A stretch of DNA of 64,000 bases. It comes from Burkholderiales bacterium (GTDB lineage Bacteria; Pseudomonadota; Gammaproteobacteria; Burkholderiales; SG8-41). The number at the start of each line of letters is the position of its first letter. Positions within the stretch are counted from its first letter, which is position 1. A program made the translations under genes and the position numbers. This document shows, piece after piece, positions 9,269-18,705 of the stretch. The notes under the pieces are model-generated. The model worked only from the letters and a program-made list of their open reading frames with translations, was not told the origin of the DNA and did not search any database. The DNA lies in assembly GCA_019749945.1 (NCBI GenBank), contig JAIEPF010000016.1:93269-157268 (forward strand), in the 5' to 3' direction.

Positions 9269-11506
9269 GTGAAAAAACATCTGGCCCGCATAGCGATAGG
9301 CATGGCGATTGTCGCCCTGTTTCTCGCGCATGCAGTTCATGTCCTGCGCGTTCCGCTGCTCGACAATCTTGAGGCCATCGTTTACGACACGCGGCTGCGT
9401 TTGACGATGCCGCGCACCGTCGATCCGCGCGTGGTGATTCTCGACATCGACGAAAAAAGCCTGCAGGAAAAGGAAAAGGGCGGCGAAGGCCGCTGGCCGT
9501 GGCCGCGCGACCGGCTGGCGCTGCTGCTGGACAAGCTGTTCGACAAATACGGCATTGCCGTCGTCGGCTTCGACGTGGTGTTTGCCGAACGCGACGAATC
9601 CTCGGGCATCCGCGTGCTGGAGCGGCTGGGCCAGCGGGAGCTGAAGGCCGTGCCGCAATTCCAGTCCGTGCTCGACCAGGTGCGGCCGCAGCTCGAATAC
9701 GATGACATTTTCGCCCGCAAGATGAAGGGCCGTGCGGTGGTGCTGGGCCATGTGTTCCTCAGTGACGATCCGGCCAACGCCACCAAAAAGGGCATGCTGC
9801 CGCCGCCGGTGCTGCCGGCCGGCGCTTTCGGCGAACGCCGCGTCGGCGTCACCTCGTGGGCCGGTTACACCGCCAACCTGGAGCGGTTGCAGCGCGCCGC
9901 CGCCAGTGCCGGGCATATCAATCCGCTGCCGGATCAGGACGGCATCACCCGGCGTGTACCGATACTGGTGGAACACGCCGGCGCCTATTACGAGCCCTTG
10001 TCGCTGGCGATGGTGCGGGCGGTGCATGACCGGCCTCCCGTGGTGCCGGTGGTGAGCCAGGACGGCATTACTGCCAATTACAGCGGCCTCGAGTGGATCA
10101 AGACCGGGCCTTTCGAAATCCCGGTTGATTTTCAGGCGGCGGCACTGGTGCCGTACCGCGGCAGCAAGGGCAGCTACCGGTATTTCTCGCTGGTGGATGT
10201 GCTGAATGAACGTGTTCCGGTCGAAGAACTGCGCGGCAAGATCGCGCTGATCGGCACCACGGCGCCGGGCCTGCTCGATCTGCGGGCGACGCCGGTGGAC
10301 CCGGTGTATCCCGGGGTGGAGATTCACGCCAACCTGATCAGCGGCATCCTCGACGGCAACATCAAGCAGCGTCCGCCGTATGTGGTCGGCGCCGAATTTG
10401 TGCTGCTGCTGCTGTCCGGCGTGGCGCTGGCGCTGCTGCTGCCGCTGCTGACGCCGTTCAAATCCATGCTGGTGACGGCGCTGGTGCTGGTGACGGTGGT
10501 CGGCGCCAACCTGGTGGTGTTTCATACCGGGCATCTGGTGCTGCCGCTGGCCTCCGGCGTGCTGCTGGTCCTGATCCTGTTCACCTTCAACATGGCGTAC
10601 GGCTTCCTGGTCGAGGCGCGCGGCACGCGGCTGATCACCGGACTGTTCGGCCAGTACGTGCCGCCGGAACTGGTCGAGCAGATGGCGCTGAATCCGGAGC
10701 AGTTCAACATGGCGCCGCGCGCCGAGGAACTCACGGTGCTGTTTTCCGATGTGCGGGGATTTACCACCATCTCGGAAAGCCTGAGCCCGGACGACCTGTC
10801 GGTCTACATCAACGATTACCTGACCACGATGAGTCTGGTGATCCGTGAGGGCCATCGCGGTACGCTGGACAAGTACATCGGCGACGCGGTGATGGCGTTC
10901 TGGGGCGCGCCGATGGCCGACCCCAACCACGCGCAGAACGCCGTGCTGGCCGCGCTCGACATGATGAAGCAGTCGGCGGTGCTCAACAAAAAATTCAGCG
11001 ACAAGGGCTGGCCGCCGTTTGCGATCGGCATCGGCGTCAACTCCGGGGTGATGCGCGTCGGCGACATGGGTTCGCAGATCCGCAAGGCCTATACCGTGAT
11101 GGGCGACGCGGTGAACCTGGGTTCACGCCTGGAGGGCATCACCAAGCAGTACGGCGCCGATATCATCATCGGCGAGGCGACCAAAAAGCGCATCACCGGC
11201 ATCGTGCTGCGCGAAATCGACCTGGTGCAGGTCAAGGGCAAGGACGAGCCGGTGGCGATCTTCGAGCCGCTCGGACTGGAAGGCGAGGTTGAACAAAGCA
11301 AGCTCGACGAGATCAAACTCTGGAACCAGGCGCTGCGGTTCTATCGCGCCCAGGACTGGGACAAGGCGGAATTGCAGTTGATGAATCTCAAGAAGATTTC
11401 AGCAAAACCCTATCTCTACGACGTGTTCCTGGAGCGTATTGCCGGGTACCGCGCCAACCCGCCGGATTCCGCATGGAACGGCGTTCACAAGTTTGATACC
11501 AAGTAA
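9269..11506 (+). CDS. Membrane CHASE2-domain class III adenylate cyclase
   Basis: CHASE2 (DIDEKSL...GRWPWPR), 3 TMs, cyclase motifs LFSDVRGFT, DKYIGDAVM and YTVMGDAVNLGSRLE (Lys/Thr adenine specifiers); C-terminal TPR-like tail. Confidence 0.93.
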   Translation: MKKHLARIAIGMAIVALFLAHAVHVLRVPLLDNLEAIVYDTRLRLTMPRTVDPRVVILDIDEKSLQEKEKGGEGRWPWPRDRLALLLDKLFDKYGIAVVGFDVVFAERDESSGIRVLERLGQRELKAVPQFQSVLDQVRPQLEYDDIFARKMKGRAVVLGHVFLSDDPANATKKGMLPPPVLPAGAFGERRVGVTSWAGYTANLERLQRAAASAGHINPLPDQDGITRRVPILVEHAGAYYEPLSLAMVRAVHDRPPVVPVVSQDGITANYSGLEWIKTGPFEIPVDFQAAALVPYRGSKGSYRYFSLVDVLNERVPVEELRGKIALIGTTAPGLLDLRATPVDPVYPGVEIHANLISGILDGNIKQRPPYVVGAEFVLLLLSGVALALLLPLLTPFKSMLVTALVLVTVVGANLVVFHTGHLVLPLASGVLLVLILFTFNMAYGFLVEARGTRLITGLFGQYVPPELVEQMALNPEQFNMAPRAEELTVLFSDVRGFTTISESLSPDDLSVYINDYLTTMSLVIREGHRGTLDKYIGDAVMAFWGAPMADPNHAQNAVLAALDMMKQSAVLNKKFSDKGWPPFAIGIGVNSGVMRVGDMGSQIRKAYTVMGDAVNLGSRLEGITKQYGADIIIGEATKKRITGIVLREIDLVQVKGKDEPVAIFEPLGLEGEVEQSKLDEIKLWNQALRFYRAQDWDKAELQLMNLKKISAKPYLYDVFLERIAGYRANPPDSAWNGVHKFDTK

Positions 11507-12273
11507 TGAAGTTGCGCATCCTCGGCTGCAGCGGCGGTATCGGTGGCGACCTGCGCACGACTTCGATGCTGCTCGACGATGATGTGCTGATTGATGCCGG
11601 GACCGGCGTCGGCGACCTGTCGCTGCAGCAGCTGGCAAACATTGATCACGTTTTTGTGACACATTCCCATCTCGATCATGTGACCTCGATCCCCTTCCTG
11701 CTCGACACCGTCGGCTGGCAGCGCAGCAAACCGGTGACCCTTTATGCGATCCAGGAGACGCTGGACATTCTCAGCGCGCATCTCTTCAACTGGAAGCTGT
11801 GGCCCGATTTCCGGCAGATTCCGGATCCGCAGTCCCCGCTGCTGCGTTATGCCCCGGTCCGGGTGGGCGAGCCGGTGCGCCTCGCCGGGGGGCGGACCAT
11901 CACGCCGGTGCCGGCGAATCACGTGGTGCCCGCCGTCGGTTATCACCTCGATTCCGGCGCCGCCAGCCTGGTCTTCACCGGGGACACCACCAGCCAGGAC
12001 GAGATCTGGAAATATATCAATAAAATCAATAATTTAAAGTATATCATCATCGAGTCCGCGCTGCCGGACGCGGAGCGGGAGCTGGCGATCATCTCCAAAC
12101 ACCTCTGCCCCGGCCTGCTGGCGGAGGAACTGGCCAAACTGCGCTTGGATCCGGCTATTTATGTGACACACTTCAAACCGCGGGAAACGGAACTTATCAT
12201 GGAGCAGATCGTGGCCCGGATACCCGGGCGACGGCTGCACATGCTTGAACAGAACCAGGTTTTTGAATTCTGA
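11506..12273 (+). CDS. MBL-fold 3',5'-cyclic nucleotide phosphodiesterase (class II-like)
   Basis: LGCSGG, DAGTG, THSHLDH, HLFNWKLWPDF, FTGDT, HLCP and THFK. Overlaps the cyclase stop (TAATG coupling). Confidence 0.85.
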   Translation: MKLRILGCSGGIGGDLRTTSMLLDDDVLIDAGTGVGDLSLQQLANIDHVFVTHSHLDHVTSIPFLLDTVGWQRSKPVTLYAIQETLDILSAHLFNWKLWPDFRQIPDPQSPLLRYAPVRVGEPVRLAGGRTITPVPANHVVPAVGYHLDSGAASLVFTGDTTSQDEIWKYINKINNLKYIIIESALPDAERELAIISKHLCPGLLAEELAKLRLDPAIYVTHFKPRETELIMEQIVARIPGRRLHMLEQNQVFEF

Positions 12274-12337
12274 GTCCGGCGCGGGATTGCAGGGGCCGCG
12301 TCAGTACCGGCAGTAACGGAAACAGAAAGAGGTGATC

Positions 12338-14716
12338 ATGAGCACCGTACTCCAGAGCAAACCGGCGGCCGCAGACAATCTCGCTGAGAAGCTTAATTTC
12401 CAGCAGAAGCTGCAGGCGGTTACCAATAAAATCCATGCGACCAAGAACATCGACGAGATCATTCTCGAGATGTCGCAGGAACTCTGCACCCTGTTCAATG
12501 CCGACCGCCTGACCATCTACCTGCTCAGCGAGGACAAGGGCTCGATCATTTCCAAGGTCAAGACCGGGCTGACCTCGTTCAAGGACATCAAGCTGCCGAT
12601 CAACGAGCAGTCGATTGCCGGCTTCGTCGCCGCCAACAAGCGCATCGTCAACATCCGCGATGTTTATGACGATGCGGAATTGAAGTCCTACAGCGCACAG
12701 CTGAATTTCCTCAAGGCGGTGGATGCCAAGACCGGTTACCGCACCAAGCAGATGCTGGTGGCGCCGGTGATCGAGGCCAAGACCAAGGACCTGATCGGCG
12801 TCGTCCAGATCATCAACAACAAGTCGGGCACGCCGTTTCCACCGATGATGGAAGAAGGGGTGCTGTCGCTGACCGAAACGCTGGCCATTGCCTTCCGCCA
12901 GCGCCAGGGCCCGATGATGCAGGTGCGCAGCAAGTATGACGGACTGGTCACCAACGCGGTGATTTCGGGCGAGGAGCTGGAGCTCGCCCAGCGTTCGGCA
13001 AGGCGCAAGAACCTCGATGTCGAAATCGTGCTGAAGGACGAATTCCAGGTCAAGTTGCCGGCAATTGGAGAGGCGCTCGGCACCTATTTCGGCGTGCCGT
13101 ACGAGCCGTTCAAGCAGGACCGCATCAAGCCGCCCGACCTGATGAAAAACATGAACCGCGAGTTCTGCCAGACCAACCAGTGGGTGCCGCTGGACGACAC
13201 CAAGGACGGCATTGTGGTGATGACCACCGACCCGGAGCGGGTCAAGGCATCGCGCATGGTCAGCAACGTGTTTCCGAAGAGCAAGATCATCTTCCGGGTG
13301 ACCACCAACAGCGAATTCATCAGCACGCTGGACCAGATGTTTGGCGCCGGCAGCGGTCTCGAGGATTCCGGCAACATCGAGGACATGCTCGGCACGATGG
13401 ATGACGAGGCCGAGGGCGAAGGTACCGGCGGTGATGATGTCGCCTCCGCCGCGGCCGACAACGAACTGGTCAAACTCGTCAACAAGATCATCATCGACGC
13501 CTACCAGATGGGCGCGTCCGACATCCACATCGAGCCTTATCCGGGCAAGGCGAAAACCGAAATCCGCTTCCGGCGCGACGGCTCGCTGCAGCCCTACATC
13601 CAGGTTCCGGCGAGTTACCGCAGTGCGCTCGCGGCACGCCTGAAGATCATGTGCGACCTGGACATTTCCGAGCGCCGCCGCCCGCAGGACGGCAAGATCA
13701 AGTTCAAGAAATTCGGTCCGCTGGACATCGAACTGCGGGTGGCGACCATCCCGTCAGCCGGCGGCGTCGAAGACATCGTGATGCGTATTCTGGCCGCCGG
13801 CGAGCCGATTCCGCTCGACAAGCTGGGCCTGACCAAATACAACAATGAAACGCTGAAGGAAGTCGTGTCCAAGCCGTACGGCCTGTTTTTCGTCTGCGGC
13901 CCGACCGGTTCCGGCAAAACAACGACGCTGCACTCGGTGCTCGGCTACCTCAACACTTCCGACACCAAGATCTGGACCGCGGAAGACCCGGTGGAGATCA
14001 CGCAAAAAGGTTTGCGCCAGGTGCAGATGAATCCGAAGGCGGGGATGACCTTTGCGGTGGCGATGAAAGCCTTCCTCCGCGCCGACCCGGACATCATCAT
14101 GGTCGGCGAGATGCGCGACAAGGAAACCACAGGCACCGGCATCGAAGCCTCGCTGACGGGTCACCTGGTGTTCGCCACGCTGCATACCAACAGTGCTCCG
14201 GAATCGATCATCCGCCTGCTCGACATGGGGATGGATCCGTTCAACTTTGCCGATGCTTTGCTCGGCATTCTGGCGCAGCGTCTGGCCAAACGGCTGTGCG
14301 GCAAGTGCAAAAAACCGCACGAGGCGACGCCCGAGGAAATCCAGGCGCTGATGGTCGAGTATGCGATGGAGTTACGGAACACCGCGACCTGGAAAAAGGA
14401 TGCCAAGGCGGCGGAGGCCAAGCTGCTGGAGGACTGGATTGCCAATTACGGCAACGAAAACGGCAAACTGGTGATTCACGACCCGGTCGGCTGTGAGGTC
14501 TGCGGCGGCAGCGGTTACAAGGGGCGGGTCGGTCTGCACGAACTGCTGGTGGGCACCGACGCACTCAAGAAGAACATCCAGGAGCATGCGCGCGTGGCGG
14601 AAATGGTGGCCACCGCGCTGGAGGACGGCATGCGCACCCTGAAGCAGGACGGCATCGAAAAAGTGCTGATGGGCATCACCGACATGAAACAGGTGCGCGC
14701 TGTTTGTATCAAATAG
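12338..14716 (+). CDS. GAF-domain PilB/GspE-family secretion ATPase
   Basis: N-terminal GAF; ASDIHIEP, RRPQDG, Walker A GPTGSGKT, AEDPVE, Walker B DPDIIMVGEMRD, TGHLVFATLH, CxxC...CxxC. AGAGG SD. Confidence 0.94.
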   Translation: MSTVLQSKPAAADNLAEKLNFQQKLQAVTNKIHATKNIDEIILEMSQELCTLFNADRLTIYLLSEDKGSIISKVKTGLTSFKDIKLPINEQSIAGFVAANKRIVNIRDVYDDAELKSYSAQLNFLKAVDAKTGYRTKQMLVAPVIEAKTKDLIGVVQIINNKSGTPFPPMMEEGVLSLTETLAIAFRQRQGPMMQVRSKYDGLVTNAVISGEELELAQRSARRKNLDVEIVLKDEFQVKLPAIGEALGTYFGVPYEPFKQDRIKPPDLMKNMNREFCQTNQWVPLDDTKDGIVVMTTDPERVKASRMVSNVFPKSKIIFRVTTNSEFISTLDQMFGAGSGLEDSGNIEDMLGTMDDEAEGEGTGGDDVASAAADNELVKLVNKIIIDAYQMGASDIHIEPYPGKAKTEIRFRRDGSLQPYIQVPASYRSALAARLKIMCDLDISERRRPQDGKIKFKKFGPLDIELRVATIPSAGGVEDIVMRILAAGEPIPLDKLGLTKYNNETLKEVVSKPYGLFFVCGPTGSGKTTTLHSVLGYLNTSDTKIWTAEDPVEITQKGLRQVQMNPKAGMTFAVAMKAFLRADPDIIMVGEMRDKETTGTGIEASLTGHLVFATLHTNSAPESIIRLLDMGMDPFNFADALLGILAQRLAKRLCGKCKKPHEATPEEIQALMVEYAMELRNTATWKKDAKAAEAKLLEDWIANYGNENGKLVIHDPVGCEVCGGSGYKGRVGLHELLVGTDALKKNIQEHARVAEMVATALEDGMRTLKQDGIEKVLMGITDMKQVRAVCIK

Positions 14717-14741
14717 CATCCCTGCCGTCGTCCTGACAATC

Positions 14742-16361
14742 ATGAATCAACCGGAACTCCTGCCGGCGGCGACCGAACTTGACCACCGGCTCGGCGAGCT
14801 GCTGCGCATCGGCGTGGCACTCTCCCGCGAGCGCGACATCAACCGGCTGCTGGAGGCCATCCTGATCGCGGCGAAGGACATCACCAGCGCCGACGGCGGC
14901 ACGCTTTACCGCATGACCGACGAACATGCGCTGCGCTTCGAGATCATGCGCAATGACACGCTGGGCATCGCCATGGGCGGCACCAGCGGCGTCGACATCC
15001 CGTTTTATCCGGTCAACCTGTTCGACAAGGAGGGCAAGGCCATCAACAGCATGGTCGCCACCTATGCCGTGCACCATGACTGCTCGGTCAACGTGGCGGA
15101 TGCCTACACCGAGGCCGGATTCGATTTTTCGGGCACCAAGAATTTCGACAAAAAGACCGGTTACCGCTCCACCTCGTTCCTGACCGTGCCGATGAAAAAT
15201 CACGAGAATGAAATCATCGGCGTGCTGCAGCTGATCAACGCGAAGAACCGTAAAACCGGAGAGGTGGTGCCTTTTTCGCAGAACGACCAGCGGCTCGCGG
15301 AGTCGCTGGCGTCGCAGGCGGCGATCGCGCTGACCAACCGGCTGCTGATCAACCACCTGGAAAGCCTGTTCGAGTCGTTCATCCAGATGATCAATGCCGC
15401 GATCGACGACAAGTCGCCGTACACCGGCGGACATTGCGAGCGGGTGCCGACCCTGACGCTGATGCTGGCCGAGGCGGTCAACAACTGCCAGGTCGGGCCG
15501 CTCAGGGACTTCACGATGAGCGACCGCGACCGTTATGAACTGAAAATCGCCGGTCTGCTGCACGACTGCGGCAAGGTGACGACGCCCGTCCACGTCGTCG
15601 ACAAGGCGACCAAGCTGCAGACGATTTACGACCGCATCGAACTGATCGACACCCGGTTCGAGGTGATCAAGCGCGATGCCCAGCTGGCGCTGCTGACCGG
15701 CAGTGCGTCGGCTTCGGCGACCGAAGCCCTGTTGCGCGACATCGAGCAGGACCGCGAATTCCTGCGCCGGACCAATGTCGGCGGCGAGTCGATGCGTGAT
15801 GAAGATATCGCCCGGGTCAAGGCGATCGCGGCCCGCTACCGCTGGCAGCGACCTGACGGCAGCATCGGGGATTTCCTGGCGGCCGACGAAATCGAGAACC
15901 TGAGCATACGCGCCGGGACGCTGACCGTCGCCGAGCGGCAGGTCATCAACCACCATATCGACGTCACCATACAGATGCTCGAATCCCTGCCCTGGCCGCG
16001 CCACCTGAAGCGGGTGCCCGAATATGCCGGCGGCCACCATGAGCGCATGGACGGCAAGGGTTATCCGCGCGGGCTGACGCGCGAACAGATGTCGGTGCAG
16101 GCGCGCTGCATGGGCATCGCCGATATTTTCGAGGCGCTGACGGCGAAAGACCGGCCCTACAAAAAGGGCAAGACCCTGACCGAGTCACTGACCATACTCG
16201 GCAAGTTCAAGCTCAACGGCCACGTCGATCCGGATCTCTTCGACGTATTCATGTGGGAGAAGGTTTACGAGAAATACGCCAGGGAGTTTCTCGATCCCGA
16301 ACAGATAGACAGCGTTGATGTCACGCGGATCCCGGGTTACCAGCCGCCGCCGGGACGGTAA
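14742..16361 (+). CDS. GAF + HD-GYP phosphodiesterase
   Basis: GAF domain, YTGGHCERV, LHDCGK, HHERMDGKGYP, ADIFEALTAKDRPYK. Confidence 0.92.
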   Translation: MNQPELLPAATELDHRLGELLRIGVALSRERDINRLLEAILIAAKDITSADGGTLYRMTDEHALRFEIMRNDTLGIAMGGTSGVDIPFYPVNLFDKEGKAINSMVATYAVHHDCSVNVADAYTEAGFDFSGTKNFDKKTGYRSTSFLTVPMKNHENEIIGVLQLINAKNRKTGEVVPFSQNDQRLAESLASQAAIALTNRLLINHLESLFESFIQMINAAIDDKSPYTGGHCERVPTLTLMLAEAVNNCQVGPLRDFTMSDRDRYELKIAGLLHDCGKVTTPVHVVDKATKLQTIYDRIELIDTRFEVIKRDAQLALLTGSASASATEALLRDIEQDREFLRRTNVGGESMRDEDIARVKAIAARYRWQRPDGSIGDFLAADEIENLSIRAGTLTVAERQVINHHIDVTIQMLESLPWPRHLKRVPEYAGGHHERMDGKGYPRGLTREQMSVQARCMGIADIFEALTAKDRPYKKGKTLTESLTILGKFKLNGHVDPDLFDVFMWEKVYEKYAREFLDPEQIDSVDVTRIPGYQPPPGR

Positions 16362-16376
16362 GACGCGAGTGCGCGG

Positions 16377-16697
16377 TCAGTCTTTTTTCGAAACCGCCAC
16401 CACCAGCTTTTCGGTCACGGCCTCGATATACCCGGCGTCGTAGCCGCGCTCCTTCATTTCCCAGCGGAAAGTGTTGGCGAGGCGGGCTTTTTTGTAAATG
16501 CCGAGTTTGTGTTCCTTGCGGAACGCAGTGGCTTTTTCGAATAATTCGTCCACCCTGCGCTCCAGGTTTTTGAGCGACAGGCCGGGATTTCCCGGCGTCA
16601 TTTTTCCTTCGGGCGGGCGCAGCTGGCTGACCTCCAGCGCAAGGGCGCAGGCAAATTCATCCACTTGTTTTCCGGAAACGGAGCCAAACAGTCCCAT
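16377..16697 (-). CDS. Small helical hypothetical protein (106 aa)
   Basis: MGLFGSVSGKQVDEFA...LGIYKKARLANTFRWEMKERGYD. AAGGA SD before ATG 16697; protein-like composition. Confidence 0.7.
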   Translation of the reverse strand: MGLFGSVSGKQVDEFACALALEVSQLRPPEGKMTPGNPGLSLKNLERRVDELFEKATAFRKEHKLGIYKKARLANTFRWEMKERGYDAGYIEAVTEKLVVAVSKKD

Positions 16698-16832
16698 GCG
16701 CGTGCATCCTTGTCGGTCGGGCGGCCGGTGAGGCCGTGTACAATGCAAGGATACCAAGCGAATCAAGTCCGGTGTAGCCCCCGGCGGGCAATTCAAGGGC
16801 CGGGTGTGCAAATTCAGACCGGCTGCACAAGC

Positions 16833-18593
16833 ATGCTGAAAAACCTGATGATGCATCTGCTGCGTGCGCCGGCGCGGGCCTTGCGCGCCCGGCGCGATCG
16901 CATGGTGTCGTCGGCGTTGATTCCGGCGATGGCGCAGTTCAATGAGAAAAAATACGGGGATGCGGCCCGGGCCTGCAAGGCGGTGATTGCACAATCACCG
17001 CGCAGCGCCCAGGCCCATCATCTTTGCGGACGCGCGTTGTCCGCGCTGGGCCGGCATGCCGAGGCCATGCAATACCTGCATGCTGCCGTTGCAGCGGATC
17101 CGGATCTGGCGGCGGCCCATGCCGATCTTGCCGATGTGTTGTTCCGGTCCGGCGAACTCGGTGAGGCTGAAGTCAGCAGCCGGCGTGCAGTGGTTTTGCG
17201 CCCTGACGAACTCGAATATCGCCTGCGCCTGGTGGAGATTCTGGAAAATTCGGGCCAGGAAGCGGAGGCGCTCGCCGAATTATCGATTGCGCAGGAGTTT
17301 GCGCCCGGGCGCTTTGATCTGCTGGTCAGGCTGTTCAGAACCCTCAGCCGGCTGGGGATGTACCCGCAAGCCTTGCGCATTGCCGAACGCGCGGTCATCG
17401 AAAACGGCGAAAACGATCAGACCCTGTACCTGCTGGCGGCCGCGCGTTACGGCGTGGCGGATATGCAGGGCGCCGTCGAAGCCTGCCGGAAAATACCGGG
17501 CCACCGCGACGACCGGCCTGAGGTTTATGTGACCCTGGGATCGGCGTTGTTCGCCCTGGGCCGGGTTGATGACGCCAGAGCAGCCTATCAGCGTGCGCTC
17601 GACATGGCGCCGGATTCCGCGGATGCGCTGTTTCACATCGGGCTGATCCAGCTGATGTCGGGCGAATACGGCGAAGGCTGGCGGGGATTCGAGCAGCGCT
17701 TCCGCCGCGAAAAAAACAGGACCATGCGGCCCTGTTCGCCTCCCTGGGACGGCATATCCCTGCAGGGCAGGAGTGCGCTGGTCATGCGCGAACAGGGGCT
17801 GGGTGACGAGATCATGTTTGCGTCCTGTTATCCGCAGTTGATCAGCCAGGCGCGGCGCTGTTTCATCGAATGCGATCCCCGGCTGGCGAAACTGTTTTCC
17901 CGATCGTTCCCGGACGCGCTGATTTATGCGCTGGACGACATCAAAACCGGCGCGCAGACGGATCCGGGCGGCGAAGTGGATGTCCGCATCTATGCCGGCA
18001 GCCTGCCGCGGCACTTCCGCAAGTCACTGGAAGATTTCCCCGTACATGACGGCTACCTCAAGCCTGATCCCTTGCGGACGGCGTATTGGCGCGAACGGCT
18101 GGAATCGCTGGGTCGCGGCCTGAAAGTGGGTGTTTCCTGGCGCGGTGGTACTGTATTTACCCACCAGGAGCGGCGGACGCTGTCGCTGGCGGCACTGTTG
18201 CCGGTGCTGTCCGTGCCGGGCGTGCGCTGGATCAATCTGCAGTACGGCAAGCGTGACCGGGAAATCGCCGGATTACGCCATGCGAGCGGCATAGAAATCG
18301 TTGACTGGCCGGAAGCCATCGACGGTGATTACGATGAAACGGCGGCATTGGTCAGCGCACTCGATCTGGTGATCAGTGTCTGCACCTCGGTCGTCCATCT
18401 GACCGGGGCGCTGGGCCGGCCGGCCTGGGTCATGACGGCGCTGGTGCCGGAGTGGCGTTATGGCTTGCGCGGCCCGACCATGCCCTGGTATCCGCAGGTC
18501 CGGCTGTTCCGGCAGGACAGGCAAGGCGATTGGGATCCGGTGATTTCCGCGATAAGGCGGGAACTGGCACAGAGAGCCGCAGATCACCGTTAG
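16833..18593 (+). CDS. TPR-repeat GT-B glycosyltransferase (paralog 1)
   Basis: TPR array followed by EQGLGDEIMF, VGVSWRGG, NLQYG, DLVISVCTSVVHLTGALG and WRY...PWYP. Start chosen by match to paralog 2 (MLKNL). Confidence 0.85.
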   Translation: MLKNLMMHLLRAPARALRARRDRMVSSALIPAMAQFNEKKYGDAARACKAVIAQSPRSAQAHHLCGRALSALGRHAEAMQYLHAAVAADPDLAAAHADLADVLFRSGELGEAEVSSRRAVVLRPDELEYRLRLVEILENSGQEAEALAELSIAQEFAPGRFDLLVRLFRTLSRLGMYPQALRIAERAVIENGENDQTLYLLAAARYGVADMQGAVEACRKIPGHRDDRPEVYVTLGSALFALGRVDDARAAYQRALDMAPDSADALFHIGLIQLMSGEYGEGWRGFEQRFRREKNRTMRPCSPPWDGISLQGRSALVMREQGLGDEIMFASCYPQLISQARRCFIECDPRLAKLFSRSFPDALIYALDDIKTGAQTDPGGEVDVRIYAGSLPRHFRKSLEDFPVHDGYLKPDPLRTAYWRERLESLGRGLKVGVSWRGGTVFTHQERRTLSLAALLPVLSVPGVRWINLQYGKRDREIAGLRHASGIEIVDWPEAIDGDYDETAALVSALDLVISVCTSVVHLTGALGRPAWVMTALVPEWRYGLRGPTMPWYPQVRLFRQDRQGDWDPVISAIRRELAQRAADHR

Positions 18594-18705
18594 CCGCATC
18601 CCCTGTACTACAGCATGGATTTCGCGCCTGTAGAATACGGGCGCCTGTATTGCCGTCGCCGCCACGTTCAGTTGGCCGGTATTAAAAACAAGGGATTCCA
18701 GACCC

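Noticed and set aside
9269-12273. Anti-phage cyclic nucleotide system (Pycsar/CBASS-like) or guanylate cyclase
   Set aside because: The cyclase is a CHASE2 membrane receptor with Lys/Thr adenine-specifying residues, and no toxic effector is adjacent.
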